DNA of 64,000 nt from an uncultured Bradyrhizobium sp. GTDB taxonomy: Bacteria > Pseudomonadota > Alphaproteobacteria > Rhizobiales > Xanthobacteraceae. The notes under the pieces are model-generated. The model was not told where the DNA came from, did no database searches, and worked only from the letters and a program-made list of their open reading frames with translations. Positions 37,844 through 46,911 of this stretch are shown piece after piece. The DNA lies in NCBI RefSeq assembly GCF_947648125.1, contig NZ_CANSMR010000008.1:172509-236508 (forward strand). Direction: 5' to 3'. Made by a program: the position numbers and the translations under genes. Each line of letters opens with the position of its first letter. The stretch's first letter is position 1.

Positions 37844-38128
37844 TTAAGCCTTCCGGCCGGTGGCCGGAAACACGCGCAATGGTCGCATCGAGCGGCATTG
37901 TGCGCGGCTTCCTCAAAAGCAGGGTCTATGCCAAGTTGTTAAGGTCCCCGATTTCGGAATGTTATCAGCCTTTTAACAGGCAGTCGGCTGATATCGAACC
38001 ACATGGGCTATGATATCCAAGCCTAACAAATAGGCAAATAGATCAATCCATATGCAGTCGGCCAGTAGAAACCCTGCGAACGTCACAGGAATTGCCTCTC
38101 GAAAAGGCGAAGCGATTGAGGATTCGGC

Positions 38129-39628
38129 ATGGACGTTCTGACCACAACCGAGATGGAGCGCGCCGACCGGCTGACCATCGCAGCCGGCACGCCGGGCTTC
38201 GCACTGATGATGAGCGCCGGCCAGGCCGTCGCTGAAGCCGCGATGGACCTGGTCGAGGAGGGGCCGATCGTCGTGGTCGCCGGCCGCGGCAACAATGGCG
38301 GCGACGGCTTTGTCGCCGCCGCTGAGCTCGCCGCGCGCGGCCGCGAGGTGTCGGTGATCCTGCTTTGCGAGCGCGACAGCCTCCAGGGCGACGCGGCGCT
38401 GGCGGCGAAGGGCTGGAAATATCCGGTGCTGCCGTTCAACCCGCAGGCGCTCGGCAAGCCGGCGCTGATCGTCGACGCCCTGTTCGGCGCCGGGCTCAAT
38501 CGCCCGGTGAAGGCCGACCCGCTGGAGATGATCGCGGCCATCAACGCCAACGGTACGCCGGTGCTGGCGGTCGACCTGCCGAGCGGCATCAACGGCACGT
38601 CGGGCGCCGTCATGGGCGCGGCCGTGCAGGCGACCGAGACCGTCACCTTCTTCCGCAAGAAGCCTGCGCACCTGTTGCTGCCGGGCCGGATGTATTGCGG
38701 CCGGGTGCGCGTCGCCGACATCGGCATCGCGGCGCAGGTGCTCGACGAGATCAAGCCGCTGACCGCGGAGAATCTGCCACAGGCCTGGCGCCGGTCGTTT
38801 CCGGTGCCGCGGATCGATGGCCACAAATACGCAAGGGGCCACGCCGTCGTGGTCTCGGGCGATATCGCTTCGACCGGGGCGGCGCGGCTCGCCGCGCGCG
38901 CGGCGCTGCGCGCAGGTGCGGGCCTCGTGACGCTGGCCTCGCCGCGCGATGCGCTCGCCGTCAACGCGGCGGCGCTGACCGCGGTGATGGTGCGCGCGGT
39001 CGACAATCCGATCCAGTTCGCCGAATTGCTCGACGACAAGCGCCTCAATGCCTGCGTGATCGGACCCGGTGCGGGCGTCAGTGCGCGCACCCGCGACTTC
39101 GCTCACACCGCGCTGTCGGCGCAGCGGCATCTGGTGCTCGACGCCGACGCGCTGACCAGCTTTGCGAGTTCGCCGGACCGGTTGTTTGAGGCGATCAAGG
39201 CCTCCGACGGTCTTGGGGTGGTGCTGACCCCGCATGAGGGCGAGTTCCCGCGGCTGTTCAGCGATATCTCCAACAAGCATCCCGGCCGCTCGAAGCTCGA
39301 GCGCGTCCGCGCCGCGGCCGAGCGCTCCGGTGCGGTGGTGCTGTTGAAGGGCGCCGATACGGTGATCGCATCTCCCGACGGCCGCGCCACCATCGCCGCC
39401 AACGCGCCGCCCTGGCTCGCGACCGCCGGAGCCGGCGACGTGCTGGCGGGCATCATTGCGGGCTTCCTGGCGCAAGGCGTCGCGGCATTCGAGGCCGCCA
39501 GCATCGGCGTGTGGTTGCACGGCGAAGGCGCCAGCGAGGCGGGGCCCGGCCTGATCGCCGAGGATCTCACCGAAGTGCTGCCGGCGGTGTTCCGCCGGCT
39601 CTATGACGAGTTCGGGATTGAGTATTAG
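38129..39628 (+). CDS. nnr: Bifunctional NAD(P)H-hydrate repair enzyme (epimerase/ADP-dependent dehydratase)
   Basis: YjeF_N motif 'VVAGRGNNGGDGFVAA' and C-terminal carbohydrate-kinase motif 'ATAGAGDVLAGIIAGF' are present. Confidence 0.9.
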   Translation: MDVLTTTEMERADRLTIAAGTPGFALMMSAGQAVAEAAMDLVEEGPIVVVAGRGNNGGDGFVAAAELAARGREVSVILLCERDSLQGDAALAAKGWKYPVLPFNPQALGKPALIVDALFGAGLNRPVKADPLEMIAAINANGTPVLAVDLPSGINGTSGAVMGAAVQATETVTFFRKKPAHLLLPGRMYCGRVRVADIGIAAQVLDEIKPLTAENLPQAWRRSFPVPRIDGHKYARGHAVVVSGDIASTGAARLAARAALRAGAGLVTLASPRDALAVNAAALTAVMVRAVDNPIQFAELLDDKRLNACVIGPGAGVSARTRDFAHTALSAQRHLVLDADALTSFASSPDRLFEAIKASDGLGVVLTPHEGEFPRLFSDISNKHPGRSKLERVRAAAERSGAVVLLKGADTVIASPDGRATIAANAPPWLATAGAGDVLAGIIAGFLAQGVAAFEAASIGVWLHGEGASEAGPGLIAEDLTEVLPAVFRRLYDEFGIEY

Positions 39629-40067
39629 GCGGCGCACGCTTGCCGACATGGATGCCGCCGCGCGCGTGCACCGTGCGGCGTTCGACGATGCGCTGCCTTG
39701 GCTCGCCGGCCTGCACACGCCGGACGAAGATCGCTGGTTCTACCGCGAGCGGATGTTTGCGACCTGCACGGTGTGGGGCGCGTTCGACGGCGAGGCGATG
39801 AGCGGCATCATCGCGTCGCACGATGACTGGATCGCGCAGCTCTACGTGCTGCCGGCCGCGCAGGGCCGCGGCATCGGCAGTGCGCTGCTCGAGATCGCGC
39901 AGCAGGGCGCGGACCAGTTGCAACTTTGGACCTTCCAGCGCAATGCGCGGGCGCGCCGGTTCTATGAGGCGCGCGGTTTTGCCGCGGTCGAGGAAACCGA
40001 CGGCAGCCGCAACGAGGAGAGGGAGCCGGACGTGCACTATCTCTGGGTGCGCAGGGCCGGCGGATGA
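39603..40067 (+). CDS. GNAT-family N-acetyltransferase
   Basis: 'IRRRTLADMDAA' start region, then motif A 'LYVLPAAQGRGIGSALL' and 'FYEARGF'. It overlaps the nnr 3' end by 26 nt. A TTG at 39618 is an alternative start. Confidence 0.8.
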   Translation: MTSSGLSIRRRTLADMDAAARVHRAAFDDALPWLAGLHTPDEDRWFYRERMFATCTVWGAFDGEAMSGIIASHDDWIAQLYVLPAAQGRGIGSALLEIAQQGADQLQLWTFQRNARARRFYEARGFAAVEETDGSRNEEREPDVHYLWVRRAGG

Positions 40068-40235
40068 CATATTGATCGGATTGACTGCCCCCAGGCGAGT
40101 CCGGGGAACAGGACGGGGCTCACGGCGGGACGAAAGATCGTCTGGCAATCGGCCACCATTTGAGCACTTAATGCCTGTATCGACGAACGAAAGTACCCAT
40201 GAGCCTCGAAGCCGCGTGGTACGGACCGGAGCAAC

Positions 40236-41831
40236 ATGACGAGTCCCTGCCGCGTTCTAATGATCTATCCGAAGTTCGTTCCGGACTCGTTCTGGAACTA
40301 TACGGAAGCTTGCGAACTCGTCGGCGCGAAGTATCCGGCGGCACCGCTCGGATTGATCACCGTCGCCGCCATGCTGCCGAAGCATTGGGAGATTCGTCTC
40401 GTCAACCGTAACACCGAGCCTTCGACCGACGCGGACCTTGACTGGGCCGATCTCGTCATGATCGGCGGTATGCTCAACCAGCAGCCTGACTTTCTTCACC
40501 TGATCGATCTAGCCCACCGGCACGGCAAGCCAGTATGCGTCGGTGGGCCTGACGTCTCCTCCAGCCCGCACCTTTACGCGGATGCGGACTTCCAGGTGAT
40601 CGGCGAGGCCGAACACATCATCGAGGAATTCATCGCCGCTTGGGAACGCGGCGAGCGCAAGGGCGTGTTCGTCGCCGAGAAATTCAAGACCGACGTCACG
40701 CTAAGCCCGATGCCCCGCTACGATCTGATCAAGTTCGATCATTATCTCTTCATTGGTGTGCAATATTCGCGTGGCTGCCCGTTCACCTGCGAGTTCTGCG
40801 ATATTATTGAGCTGTACGGGCGCGTGCCGCGTACCAAGACCCCCGATCAGATTCTCGCCGAACTGCAAGCGCTCTACGATCATGGTTATCGAGGGCATGT
40901 CGATTTCGTCGACGACAATTTCATCGGCAACAAGAAAAACCTCCGCATCTTGCTGCCGCGGCTCAAAGCCTGGCTAGAAGAGCGAGACTATCCGTTCGAG
41001 TTCTCGACCGAGGCCTCGATCAATATCGCTGATGACAGCGAGCTGTTGCAGGCAATGAAGGACGCGAACTTCTTCGGAATTTTCGTCGGCATCGAGAGCC
41101 CGGATCCAGAGACCCTCGTGCAGATGAAGAAGAAGCAGAACACCAGGCGCAACATCGCCGAGAGCGTTCACAAGATCTATGACTATGGCATGTTCGTCAC
41201 CGCGGGTTTCATCGTCGGGTTCGATACCGAGAGAGTCTCGATGGCGCAGGCGATGATCGATTTCATCGAGGAGGCGAGCATTCCAGTCTGCATGGTTGGA
41301 CTGCTCTATGCGCTGCCTGGCACGCAGCTGACGCGGCGGCTGGCCCAGGAAGGCCGCCTGCACGAGGGCCATGATCTCATGAAGGTCGAGCAGGCGGGCG
41401 ACCAATGCACGCTCGGCTGCAATTTCGACACCAAGCGTCCGCTTCGTGACATCCTTACGGATTACAGGGCTGTGCTCGGGCACGTGTACAGCCCGACGGC
41501 ATATGCAGGACGGCTGTCGCGGCTTGCCGCCATGCTCGACCGGTCGGATCGGCGTCGCGACCTGCCGGATGGCGACACGCGCAAGAGGCTTGGCGGCATC
41601 GAAGGCGTACACAGGATCATAAGTGCCCTGCCGGAGGTTCGCGAGCCGTTCTGGAAGACCTTCGTCGAGGTCGCCAAGTCCAATCCAGGCGCGCTGCGTT
41701 ACATCGTGATGCTGATGGCGCTGTACTTGCACTTCGGGCCGTTCTCGAAGCACGTGATCGGTGAGATCGACCGCCGGATTGCCGAGTTGGGCGGTACGCC
41801 TCCGGTGAGGGCCACCGCGCTCGTGCCGTGA
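40236..41831 (+). CDS. B12-binding-domain radical SAM protein (class B, with conserved C-terminal DUF4070-like extension)
   Basis: N-terminal Rossmann-like 'VLMIYPKF...PLGLITVAAMLP...VMIGGM' and radical-SAM cluster motif 'SRGCPFTCEFCD' (CxxxCxxC), followed by 'VDFVDDNFIGN' and 'FVGIESP'. Confidence 0.9.
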   Translation: MTSPCRVLMIYPKFVPDSFWNYTEACELVGAKYPAAPLGLITVAAMLPKHWEIRLVNRNTEPSTDADLDWADLVMIGGMLNQQPDFLHLIDLAHRHGKPVCVGGPDVSSSPHLYADADFQVIGEAEHIIEEFIAAWERGERKGVFVAEKFKTDVTLSPMPRYDLIKFDHYLFIGVQYSRGCPFTCEFCDIIELYGRVPRTKTPDQILAELQALYDHGYRGHVDFVDDNFIGNKKNLRILLPRLKAWLEERDYPFEFSTEASINIADDSELLQAMKDANFFGIFVGIESPDPETLVQMKKKQNTRRNIAESVHKIYDYGMFVTAGFIVGFDTERVSMAQAMIDFIEEASIPVCMVGLLYALPGTQLTRRLAQEGRLHEGHDLMKVEQAGDQCTLGCNFDTKRPLRDILTDYRAVLGHVYSPTAYAGRLSRLAAMLDRSDRRRDLPDGDTRKRLGGIEGVHRIISALPEVREPFWKTFVEVAKSNPGALRYIVMLMALYLHFGPFSKHVIGEIDRRIAELGGTPPVRATALVP

Positions 41832-41869
41832 GTTCATCAGGGATGCAGCTTGATGGACGGCAAAGTTCG

Positions 41870-41921
41870 CTAGAGATTCGGTTCTGACTGAATCAGAATC
41901 GAAGCTCTAGCTTTTTGTTTT
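41870..41921 (+). terminator. Rho-independent terminator of the radical SAM gene
   Basis: An 18-bp imperfect stem CTAGAGATTCGGTTCTGA / TCAGAATCGAAGCTCTAG (16/18 complementary) is followed by CTTTTTGTTTT. Confidence 0.8.
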
Positions 41922-41995
41922 GACGCGTTTTCTTCACGCGAACCGGCGTCCACTTCGCTCGAAAACGCTCCAGGCTGTCGGGCAGCTGACGCAAC

Positions 41996-42823
41996 TCAGG
42001 CAACGTCGGTGGAGAGCGAAACGCTCTTCCACGCATCGAATTCGGCCTGCAGCAGTTTCATCTTGTCCTCGACCAGCCGCACGGCATCGCTGCCGAGCAG
42101 CAGATGCGCCGGCGGATCGGCCGACAAAACGAGTCTCAACATTGCTTGCGCGGCCTTCTTGGGATCGCCGACCTGCCTGCCACTCAGTTCCATGCGACGT
42201 TTGCGGATTGGATTGATGACAGCGTCGTAGTCTCCGATCGATCGTTCCGCCCGTACCATCGATCGTCCGGCCCAGTCGGTGCGGAAGCCGCCGGGCTCGA
42301 CCGCGGTGACCTTGATGCCGAGGTCTTTGACTTCCTTGCCGAGGGATTCCGATATCCCCTCCAGCGCGAACTTGCTGCCATGGTAGTAGCTCAGGCCGGG
42401 CATCGTGATGATTCCGCCCATCGAGGTGATGTTGAGGATGTGCCCGGCGCGCCGCTTGCGCATGAAGGGCAGCACGGCCTGGATCATCGCCACCGCGCCG
42501 AAGACGTTGACCTCGAACTGGCGTCGCAGATCGTCGATCGATGATTCCTCCAGAATGCCCTCGTGGCCATAGCCGGCATTGTTCACCAGAATGTCGATCG
42601 CGCCGATCCTGCGCTCGACGTCAGCGACGGCGGGCGCGATGGCTTCTGTGTTGGTGACGTCAAGGATCACCGCGTGCACGCGCTTGCCGAGTGCTTCGAA
42701 TTTCTGCCTGTCGTTCTCGTTGCGCACGGTGCCGGCGACGGTATGGCCGTCACCCAATGCGGCCTCGGCCAATGCGCGGCCGAAGCCGGACGAAACGCCC
42801 GTGATGAGGAAAGTCTTTGCCAT
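41996..42823 (-). CDS. Short-chain dehydrogenase/reductase (classical SDR)
   Basis: 'ITGVSSGFGRALA' (TGxxxGxG), 'NNAG' and catalytic 'YHGSKFALEG' (YxxxK) are present. Confidence 0.9.
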   Translation of the reverse strand: MAKTFLITGVSSGFGRALAEAALGDGHTVAGTVRNENDRQKFEALGKRVHAVILDVTNTEAIAPAVADVERRIGAIDILVNNAGYGHEGILEESSIDDLRRQFEVNVFGAVAMIQAVLPFMRKRRAGHILNITSMGGIITMPGLSYYHGSKFALEGISESLGKEVKDLGIKVTAVEPGGFRTDWAGRSMVRAERSIGDYDAVINPIRKRRMELSGRQVGDPKKAAQAMLRLVLSADPPAHLLLGSDAVRLVEDKMKLLQAEFDAWKSVSLSTDVA

Positions 42824-42924
42824 AGGGGATGTCCTTCAGATCGAGATTGCGGGCTCGATATAGGCGACTTGATTAGTGCAATAACCGGCATAAAGTGGGA
42901 TGACCTGATGCAGGTAATCGAACA

Positions 42925-43890
42925 ATGCAGCATGCTGGCCTTTTCGAGCTGAATGCGGTCGTCGCGATCTCGACGCATCGCAGCTTTCGCGCGGCGGCGA
43001 CGGAACTCGGCATTTCGCCCTCGGCGTTGAGCCATGCCGTCGCCGGGCTGGAAAAGCGGCTGGGCGTACGTCTCATCAATCGGACGACGCGCAGCGTCGC
43101 ATTGTCGGAGGCGGGAGAACGTTTCCTCGCCAGGGTCAGTCCCGCGCTGCGCGAGATTGCCGGCGCGATGGAGGACGTGAACGAGTTTCGCGACACGCCC
43201 GCGGGAACACTGCGCATCAACCTGAAGGAGCGCGCCGCCCACCAGATCCTCCGCCCGGTCGTCGCGAGGTTTCTGCGACGCTATCCCGACATGAACGTCG
43301 AGCTGACCCTGGAGGGACGTCCCATCGATATTGTCGCGGAAGGTTTCGATGCCGGCATCCGGCTAGCCGAAGCCGTCCCGCAGGACATGGTCGCGATCCC
43401 CTGCGGCCCGGACACGCGCTTCATCGTCGTTGGCGCGCCCGATTATTTCGCACGCTGTTCGGTGCCGCGGTCTCCGCTTGATCTGCTCGCCCACGAATGC
43501 ATTCGCAGGCGGATGCCGAGCGGCAAGCTCTATCACTGGGAGTTCGAAAAGCGCGGCGGCGAGCAGATGGTGGTAGATGTCCGGGGCAGACTGACCCTCG
43601 ACAATGACAGCCTGATGGTCGAAGCCGCCCTCGAAGGCCTGGGACTGGCGTTCGTCAGCGATTTCTGGGTGACCGGGCATCTCGCCGCCGGAACCCTGCG
43701 CGCCGTGCTGGACGACTGGACGCCGCCGTTTCCCGGCCTGCGTCTCTACTATCCGAGACACCGGCATATGACGGCCGGGCTTCGCGCCTTCGTCGACATG
43801 ATACGGGAGGAGACGAAGTTGGCCGCCAAGGGTAGGGAGGTTCATTCACCCTCGGCCAAGCGATCGGGCGATCGTCGCAAGCGCGCTTGA
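42925..43890 (+). CDS. LysR-family transcriptional regulator
   Basis: HTH 'FELNAVVAISTHRSFRAAATELGISPSALSHAVAGLEKRLGVRLINRTTR'. It is divergent from the SDR gene. Confidence 0.9.
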   Translation: MQHAGLFELNAVVAISTHRSFRAAATELGISPSALSHAVAGLEKRLGVRLINRTTRSVALSEAGERFLARVSPALREIAGAMEDVNEFRDTPAGTLRINLKERAAHQILRPVVARFLRRYPDMNVELTLEGRPIDIVAEGFDAGIRLAEAVPQDMVAIPCGPDTRFIVVGAPDYFARCSVPRSPLDLLAHECIRRRMPSGKLYHWEFEKRGGEQMVVDVRGRLTLDNDSLMVEAALEGLGLAFVSDFWVTGHLAAGTLRAVLDDWTPPFPGLRLYYPRHRHMTAGLRAFVDMIREETKLAAKGREVHSPSAKRSGDRRKRA

Positions 43891-44045
43891 GCCGTCGTGG
43901 CCGCCCGCGTGTTCGGCCATACTTCGCCGAGTGGGCGTTTTAGCGTCGGCCCGCCGTGCCTGCGTCACGACACTTTTGGTGGACGCGTGGGGAATTGAGA
44001 GATAAAGGCGCATGATATTTCCCTCGCATCCTGTGAATTTGGCTC

Positions 44046-44879
44046 GTGAGTGGCAGGCAGAACAATTTCCTCGCACAGGCGCTGCAACAAGGCGCATTGG
44101 CGTTGCAGGCACAGCAGTTTGCTCAGGCAGAGCAGATCGCGACAAGCATCCTGAAATCAAACCGCACGGACAGACATGCGGCGCTTTTGCTGGCGCATGC
44201 GCTGATGGGGCAGAAGCGGGGAGGCGAGGCAATTGCACCGCTCGAGCGGGTGGCACGCCGCGCTGACGACGGGGAGATCGAAACCTTGCTCGGTGCGCTG
44301 CTGTGCGGTGCAGGGCGCGCCACGGACGGCATCGCGCAGCTTCGGCGCACGGCGGCACGCCGCCCACCATATCTTCCCTCGTTTCGGGAACTCGCCGGTC
44401 AACTCGCCAAGTCCGGTCAACACGACGAGGCGATCAGCACGATCGAGGCCGGCCTCGCGCTCGCTCCTGACAGCGTCGATCTGAAGCTCGACCTCGGGCG
44501 CCTGTTGCATGATACCAATGACTTCGCGCGGGCTGCATCTGTCCTGACAGCCGCCCGTGATGCTGCGCCGGGACGCCCCGACGTTCTCAACCAGCTTGGG
44601 CGGGTCCTGATCCTTGATGGCGACTATGCCGGAGCGGCGGATGCGTTCCGCCGCGTGCTCGCGCAGTACCCCGACGATCGCTCGACCCGCGCTTACCTCG
44701 CCACATCGCTTTTCGAGCAGGGTGAGCGCGATGCTGCCGAAGCGGCGCTGCGCGCCGTCACGCGTGGTCAGCCGCAGCTCGTTGGACGCGCGGCATTCGT
44801 CATGGCCGCGGGATCGCACGGCCGTTTCTTCTTCTCGCAGGGCGACGCTGCGAAATTCCTTGGCGTGGAATCAAACTGA
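44046..44879 (+). CDS. Tetratricopeptide-repeat protein
   Basis: Repeated 34-residue A/L/G-rich helical pattern (e.g. 'PDVLNQLGRVLILDGDYAGAADAFRRVLAQYPDD'). GTG start; the start position is uncertain. Confidence 0.65.
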   Translation: MSGRQNNFLAQALQQGALALQAQQFAQAEQIATSILKSNRTDRHAALLLAHALMGQKRGGEAIAPLERVARRADDGEIETLLGALLCGAGRATDGIAQLRRTAARRPPYLPSFRELAGQLAKSGQHDEAISTIEAGLALAPDSVDLKLDLGRLLHDTNDFARAASVLTAARDAAPGRPDVLNQLGRVLILDGDYAGAADAFRRVLAQYPDDRSTRAYLATSLFEQGERDAAEAALRAVTRGQPQLVGRAAFVMAAGSHGRFFFSQGDAAKFLGVESN

Positions 44880-44906
44880 GCGTGGCGGACGAAATCCCGT
44901 CGCGTC

Positions 44907-45617
44907 TCAAGCCCTGAAGTTTCTCCGGTAGAGATTGGGCTGCCGCCTGAGCTCACTCCGGAGCTCGCCGACGCGCTTGGCTTCTTCCGCGGTGAACGAC
45001 GATGCCTGCGCGGTCCAGCTGTCGCGCTTGACCGGAATGCATTGTGCGATGGGCGTCCCCTTGGGGAGGACGCCTCGAAAATTCCTGTCGTGCCAATACG
45101 CCGGGAAGTGCACCCAGTTGTCGGTATAGAGGTCAGAATTGACCAGGCCGCTGAGCGTGGTGAACGGCAGATCGAAGCGGTTGACGGGATGCGTGAAGTA
45201 GACCGCGTAGCCTTCCGGCGCTTCGACGGTCCACAAATTGTGGAATTTGAGAAAGAAGCGGCCCTCTTCGAATAGCGGCGTGCCGCTGACCTGACCCGGG
45301 TCGTGAAATCCGATCGGCGAACGTGGAAACTCGGGCGTGCCTCCCGGCGGCAGGTCGTGGTCCCAGGTAATCTCGCCGTCCTCGACCTTGAGATCGCAGA
45401 CCAGTGGCAGCAGGAATCCGCAGGTCATCGCGTCGACGAATGGCGGACAGCGCTTGATGGTGTCCTCGTCGTGCAGGTTGATCGAAGAGAAAGCCGTCGC
45501 CGGCATGGCCTTGAGCCAGTCGGGAACGCCCTGCGCCGCCGGGATAGGGGCCGGTATCCGTCCCTCAAGCTCCGTCGGACAACGGAATTTGAGCGTCAGT
45601 TTGTTGTTGGTGGACAT
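44907..45617 (-). CDS. Conserved hypothetical protein (236 aa), no family I can name with confidence
   Basis: Clean ATG ORF with genome-typical codon usage. Notable motif 'IKRCPPFVDAMTCGFLLPL' and His-rich beta-type C-terminal half ('YFTHPVNRF', 'WVHFPAYWHDRNF'). Confidence 0.65.
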   Translation of the reverse strand: MSTNNKLTLKFRCPTELEGRIPAPIPAAQGVPDWLKAMPATAFSSINLHDEDTIKRCPPFVDAMTCGFLLPLVCDLKVEDGEITWDHDLPPGGTPEFPRSPIGFHDPGQVSGTPLFEEGRFFLKFHNLWTVEAPEGYAVYFTHPVNRFDLPFTTLSGLVNSDLYTDNWVHFPAYWHDRNFRGVLPKGTPIAQCIPVKRDSWTAQASSFTAEEAKRVGELRSELRRQPNLYRRNFRA

Positions 45618-45694
45618 TGGGCGCTCCGATGCCCTGATGGCCTACATGAATGCGTCGCAAAGGTGAAGCTGCGATCGATCGCAATAATGGCCAT

Positions 45695-45778
45695 ACAGGA
45701 TGGGTGGAACGAAGCGATATCCATCAATCATTTCCGCGCGGTCAGATGATGGGTATCGCTGCGCTCCACCCATCCTAC
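45695..45778. repeat. REP-like palindromic element, family C
   Basis: ACAGGATGGGTGGAACGAAGCGATATCCATC is inverted to GATGGGTATCGCTGCGCTCCACCCATCCTAC. Same family as 30420-30466 and 33697-33780. Confidence 0.7.
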
Positions 45779-45794
45779 GGATTACCGTCCGCCG

Positions 45795-46880
45795 CTAGCT
45801 GACGAGATACTTCGCAACCGCCGGCTCGTTCCACGCGATGCCGAGCCCGGGACCCTTGGCGGTCACCGCGCCGTCGACGATCTCGGCGGGCTTCGCCAGG
45901 ATGGAGCCTGCGAAGTCGAGGAATTCGAGCCAGTGCGCGGTCGGCGTCACCGCAAGCAGATGCGCGCTGACTTCCGCGAACAAATGGCTCGACATCGGGA
46001 TCGAGGCGGCGTCGGCTTGGCCGGCGACCTGCATCCAGCCGGTGACGCCGCCGACCTTCATCACGTCGGGCATGATGAAGTCGGATGCGCCGGCTGCGAT
46101 CGCCTCGGCAAAGCCACGCGGAAACCACCAGTTCTCGCCGGCCTGGATCGGCGTCGGCGAAGTCTCTCGGACCTTGGCGTGGCCGGACAGGCTTTCCTGC
46201 GGCACCGGCTCCTCGATCCAGTGCAGGTCGTACGGCGCAAGCCGGGCGATGCGGCGGGTGGCTTCCGCCGGATCGAGCGACTGGTTGAAGTCGATCATCA
46301 GCGCGATGTCGGGGCCGAGCAGGGCGCGCACGCCCTTCACGACGCGCTCGTCATTGGCGGCATCGCCGTCGCCACCCTTGATCTTGATGCCCTTGAAGCC
46401 TTGGTCGAGCGAGCGGCGCAGCGCGCGCTCGTCGGCAACGGGATCGACCGCGCCGTAGCTGTCATAGGCCTTGATCGGCTTCGCCGAGCCGCCGAGCAGC
46501 TCGACCAGAGGCCGGCCGGCGAGTTGGCCGAGCACATCCCAATAGGCCATGTCGAGGCCTGATACGGCCATGCCGACCAGACCCTGCGCGCCGAGCAGCC
46601 GGAACTTGGCATCCATCGCCTTCATCAGATCGAACGGGGCGACCGGCCTGCCGATCAGCTCGCGTCCGATCTCCTCGATCAGATAGCGGAGAGGGTTAAG
46701 TGTGAGCTTGCTGTAGGCGAAGATGTAGGTGCGGCCGGTAACGCCTTGATCGGTCTCGACATCGATCAGCACCAGCGGACCGGAATCGATCACGCCAAAC
46801 GCGGTCTTCACAGGACGCTTGAGCGGCACCACGACGCTTCGCGCCTTCACTCCGCGAATCGCTGCAACGGTCTGGCTCAT
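45795..46880 (-). CDS. Mandelate racemase/muconate lactonizing enzyme family protein (enolase superfamily)
   Basis: 'FKGIKIKGG', metal-ligand regions 'LMIDFNQS' and 'LHWIEEPV', and 'DFIMPDVMKVGG'. ATG 46880 has AAGGAAA upstream. Confidence 0.85.
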   Translation of the reverse strand: MSQTVAAIRGVKARSVVVPLKRPVKTAFGVIDSGPLVLIDVETDQGVTGRTYIFAYSKLTLNPLRYLIEEIGRELIGRPVAPFDLMKAMDAKFRLLGAQGLVGMAVSGLDMAYWDVLGQLAGRPLVELLGGSAKPIKAYDSYGAVDPVADERALRRSLDQGFKGIKIKGGDGDAANDERVVKGVRALLGPDIALMIDFNQSLDPAEATRRIARLAPYDLHWIEEPVPQESLSGHAKVRETSPTPIQAGENWWFPRGFAEAIAAGASDFIMPDVMKVGGVTGWMQVAGQADAASIPMSSHLFAEVSAHLLAVTPTAHWLEFLDFAGSILAKPAEIVDGAVTAKGPGLGIAWNEPAVAKYLVS

Positions 46881-46911
46881 CGGTGTTTCCTTCGGCGGTT
46901 TCCACTTCTTG

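Noticed and set aside
37973-39718. 581-aa minus-strand ORF (and the 335-aa ORF at 38083-39090) opposite nnr
   Set aside because: These are shadow ORFs. The plus frame carries both YjeF_N and carbohydrate-kinase signatures.
40199-40411. 70-aa ORF overlapping the start of the radical SAM gene, considered as a possible RiPP precursor
   Set aside because: It lies in a different frame mostly inside the rSAM coding sequence, with Arg-rich junk composition, no SD and no leader/core-like features.
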